Below are positions 31,463-33,970 of a DNA stretch of 33,970 nucleotides, in pieces. Under the pieces are notes generated by a model, which worked only from the letters and a program-made list of their open reading frames with translations, did not search any database and was not told the DNA's origin. The stretch covers positions 1-33,970 of the IMG/VR virus record IMGVR_UViG_3300032233_001729; one strand, 5' to 3'. This DNA is from a virus (Duplodnaviria > Caudoviricetes). Position numbers and translations under genes: made by a program. How positions within the stretch are numbered: the stretch's first letter is position 1; each line of letters opens with the position of its first letter.

Positions 31463-33970
31463 TTATCCTGCTACAAAGTCCAAACTATTTGTAGTTGAGT
31501 TGTACTGTATATAGAAGTTCGTGGTTCCTGCAGTTCCACCAAATCTCATTTTGTTTGTAGAGGTTACTCTTGCGTCTCCTGCAATGTCTGCCTTGAATGC
31601 TGGTGCAGTTACTCCAACTCCAAGATTATCAGAAACATAAGCACCACCAGTAACTTGCAATCTTTGTGATGCGGTTCCTGTTGATGTTGCAGTTCCTACA
31701 AGAAGATTTTGTGATATTATTCCTCCACCTAAAACATGCAATTGTGCTAGTGGATTATTAGTTCCTATACCAGTATTTCCATTACTTGTAGAGTAAATTG
31801 AATAATTACCAGTTGATGAATTGAATAATGATAAAGAAATATTACCGCCAATTGTATTAGTTATTCTAAATTTACCAGTAGCAGAAACTCTACCAGCATC
31901 CAAAAGTAAAACACCATCACTATTACTAATTGATGCTAATAGAGAACCATCCGAATAACTATAAGTATCACTATTATTAGAACCAGCAAGAAGTTGAGTT
32001 GCCCATATTTGCAATGCTCCACTATTTGCATTAGTTGTTTGTCTAATTTGCGAATTTGGTGTAAGTCCTATAGTTCCATTAACTTGAAGAATCCCATTTG
32101 CATTTGCGGCTGGATTAGTAACACCAACTCCAAGATTACCAGAAACATAAGCACCACCAGTGACTTGAAGTGGTTGTGATGAGGTTCCTGTTAAGGTTGC
32201 TGCTCCAATAATCACAGGACCAGTAGAAACTTGTAATTGTCCTATTGGATTTGTGGTTCCAATACCAACCGAACCAATACCACTTACGGTTAATGTTGGA
32301 CTTGCAAATAATGCAGAAGAAATTCCAGAATTTACCGTTGAAACTCCAATGTAATAGGTTGGAGTTGAAGAAATAATATTGTAGAAAGAAGATATTCCAG
32401 ATCCACCAGAACTTGATGCACCTTGAATTCCTTGAAGTCCTTGCGTTGCTTGAGTTCCCTGAAGTCCTTGAGATCCAGAACCTTGAAGTCCTTGAGTTCC
32501 CTGAAGTCCTTGAGTACCAGAACCTTGAAGTCCTTGAGTACCTTGTGAACCCTGAAGTCCTTGTGTACTAGTACCTTGAACACCTTGAGTTCCTTGTCTA
32601 CCTTGGAGTCCTTGAAGTCCCTGAACACCCTGAAGTCCCTGAAGTCCTTGGATGCCTTGATTTCCCTGAAGTCCTTGAAGTCCCTGAACACCTTGATTTC
32701 CCTGAAGTCCTTGAAGTCCTTGAGTTGCTTGGACTCCTTGAACTCCTTGAGTTGCTTGGACTCCTTGAACTCCTTGAGTTCCTTGTAGTCCTTGAGTGCC
32801 TTGATTTCCTTGAAGTCCAGTTGAACCACTAAGTCCTTGAGTACCTTGAGAACCTTGAAGTCCTTGAAGTCCTTGTGTTGCTTGAGTGCCTTGTGAACCT
32901 TGAAGTCCTTGAGCACTTTGAATACCTTGAGTTCCTTGAAGTCCTTGTGTTGCTTGAGTACCTTGAACTCCTTGAGTACTTTGAACTCCTTGTGAACCTT
33001 GGAGTCCTTGTGTTGCTTGAGTGCCTTGTGAACCTTGAAGTCCTTGAGTTGCTTGAGTGCCTTGTGAACCTTGTGAACCTTGAGAACCTTGAAGTCCTTG
33101 AGTACTTTGAACACCTTGAGAACCTTGAAGTCCTTGAGAACCAGTACCTTGAAGTCCTTGAGTACCTTGAGAACCCTGGAGTCCTTGAGTACCAGAACCT
33201 TGAAGTCCCTGTGTACCTTGTGAACCTTGAAGTCCTTGAGTACCAGTACCTTGAAGTCCTTGAGTTCCTTGCCTACCCTGAAGTCCTTGAAGTCCCTGTG
33301 TACCTTGGAGTCCCTGAAGTCCTTGAGTTCCTTGAGTACCTTGAGTACCTTGAGTACCTTGAATTCCCTGAAGTCCCTGTGTACCTTGGAGTCCCTGAAG
33401 TCCTTGAGTTGCTTGAGTACCTTGTGTTGCTTGAGTACCTTGTGTGCCCTGAAGTCCTTGAGTACCTTGAGTACCTTGAGTTCCTTGAAGTCCTTGAGAA
33501 CCAGTACCTTGAAGTCCTTGAGTACCTTGAGTTCCTTGAAGTCCTTGAGAACCAGAACCCTGAAGTCCTTGCGTACCTTGAGAACCCTGGAGTCCTTGAG
33601 AACCAGAACCCTGCATACCCTGAGTTCCTTGAGTTCCTTGAGTTCCCTGGAGTCCTTGGAGTCCCTGAAGTCCTTGAGTAGCTTGTATACCTTGAGAACC
33701 TTGGAGTCCTTGGGTTCCTTGAGCATTCTGGACACCTTGAGAACCTTGAAGTCCTTGAGTACCTTGAGTACCTTGGGATCCCTGTAGTCCCTGAATTCCT
33801 TGAGTACCTTGAGTACCTTGAGTACCTTGAAGTCCTTGACTTCCAGAACCTTGAAGTCCTTGAGTACCTTGAGTACCTTGGAGTCCTTGACTTCCAGAAC
33901 CCTGCATACCTTGAGTTCCTTGAGTTCCTTGAGTACCCTGAAGTCCTTGAGAACCAGAACCCTGAATACC
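31463..33970 (-). CDS. Collagen-like (Gly-X-Gln) fibre protein, 5' end outside window
   Basis: Frame stays open past 33907 to the window edge; about 500 aa of GXQ, then fibre motifs ([17 protein letters not shown] twice). Confidence 0.88.
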   Translation of the reverse strand, partial: GIQGSGSQGLQGTQGTQGTQGMQGSGSQGLQGTQGTQGLQGSGSQGLQGTQGTQGTQGIQGLQGSQGTQGTQGLQGSQGVQNAQGTQGLQGSQGIQATQGLQGLQGLQGTQGTQGTQGMQGSGSQGLQGSQGTQGLQGSGSQGLQGTQGTQGLQGTGSQGLQGTQGTQGTQGLQGTQGTQATQGTQATQGLQGLQGTQGLQGIQGTQGTQGTQGTQGLQGLQGTQGLQGLQGRQGTQGLQGTGTQGLQGSQGTQGLQGSGTQGLQGSQGTQGLQGTGSQGLQGSQGVQSTQGLQGSQGSQGSQGTQATQGLQGSQGTQATQGLQGSQGVQSTQGVQGTQATQGLQGTQGIQSAQGLQGSQGTQATQGLQGLQGSQGTQGLSGSTGLQGNQGTQGLQGTQGVQGVQATQGVQGVQATQGLQGLQGNQGVQGLQGLQGNQGIQGLQGLQGVQGLQGLQGRQGTQGVQGTSTQGLQGSQGTQGLQGSGTQGLQGTQGLQGSGSQGLQGTQATQGLQGIQGASSSGGSGISSFYNIISSTPTYYIGVSTVNSGISSALFASPTLTVSGIGSVGIGTTNPIGQLQVSTGPVIIGAATLTGTSSQPLQVTGGAYVSGNLGVGVTNPAANANGILQVNGTIGLTPNSQIRQTTNANSGALQIWATQLLAGSNNSDTYSYSDGSLLASISNSDGVLLLDAGRVSATGKFRITNTIGGNISLSLFNSSTGNYSIYSTSNGNTGIGTNNPLAQLHVLGGGIISQNLLVGTATSTGTASQRLQVTGGAYVSDNLGVGVTAPAFKADIAGDARVTSTNKMRFGGTAGTTNFYIQYNSTTNSLDFVAG
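32420..33970. repeat. 9-bp-period repeat encoding Gly-X-Gln
   Basis: ccttga recurring, with periodic GSG/GTG interruptions. Confidence 0.92.

Noticed and set aside
32332-33787. 467-, 268-, 186- and 75-aa overlapping ORFs
   Set aside because: Same repeat-derived shadow frames

Overview
Fragment of a T4-like cyanophage (Kyanoviridae-type myovirus) genome; the assignment is inferred from gene content, sigma70-type early promoters and (A)TAAATA late promoters. Almost all genes are on the minus strand. 1-6.6 kb is an early region: many small ORFs, an endonuclease VII-like nuclease coupled to a beta-class amino-methyltransferase behind a 23-bp tandem-repeat leader, and an SF2 helicase. Four promoters here share a dyad element at fixed spacing. 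6.6-18 kb holds tail-fibre genes (a long fibre with a C-terminal S74 chaperone, then a glycine-rich gp38-like adhesin) and a cluster of 2OG-Fe(II) oxygenases. 18.4-18.6 kb has tRNA-Leu(UAA) and the unusual tRNA-Ile(UAU). 19.2-26.3 kb is the most striking part: an array of diverse putative adhesin-tip genes, each followed by a small partner gene, with shared N-terminal and C-terminal peptides and repeated DNA junctions. 26.4-34 kb has two proline-free Gly-X-Gln collagen-like fibre genes flanking a large virion protein. No reverse transcriptase, recombinase or cas gene is visible. All functional calls come from motif recognition by eye; no database searches were run.
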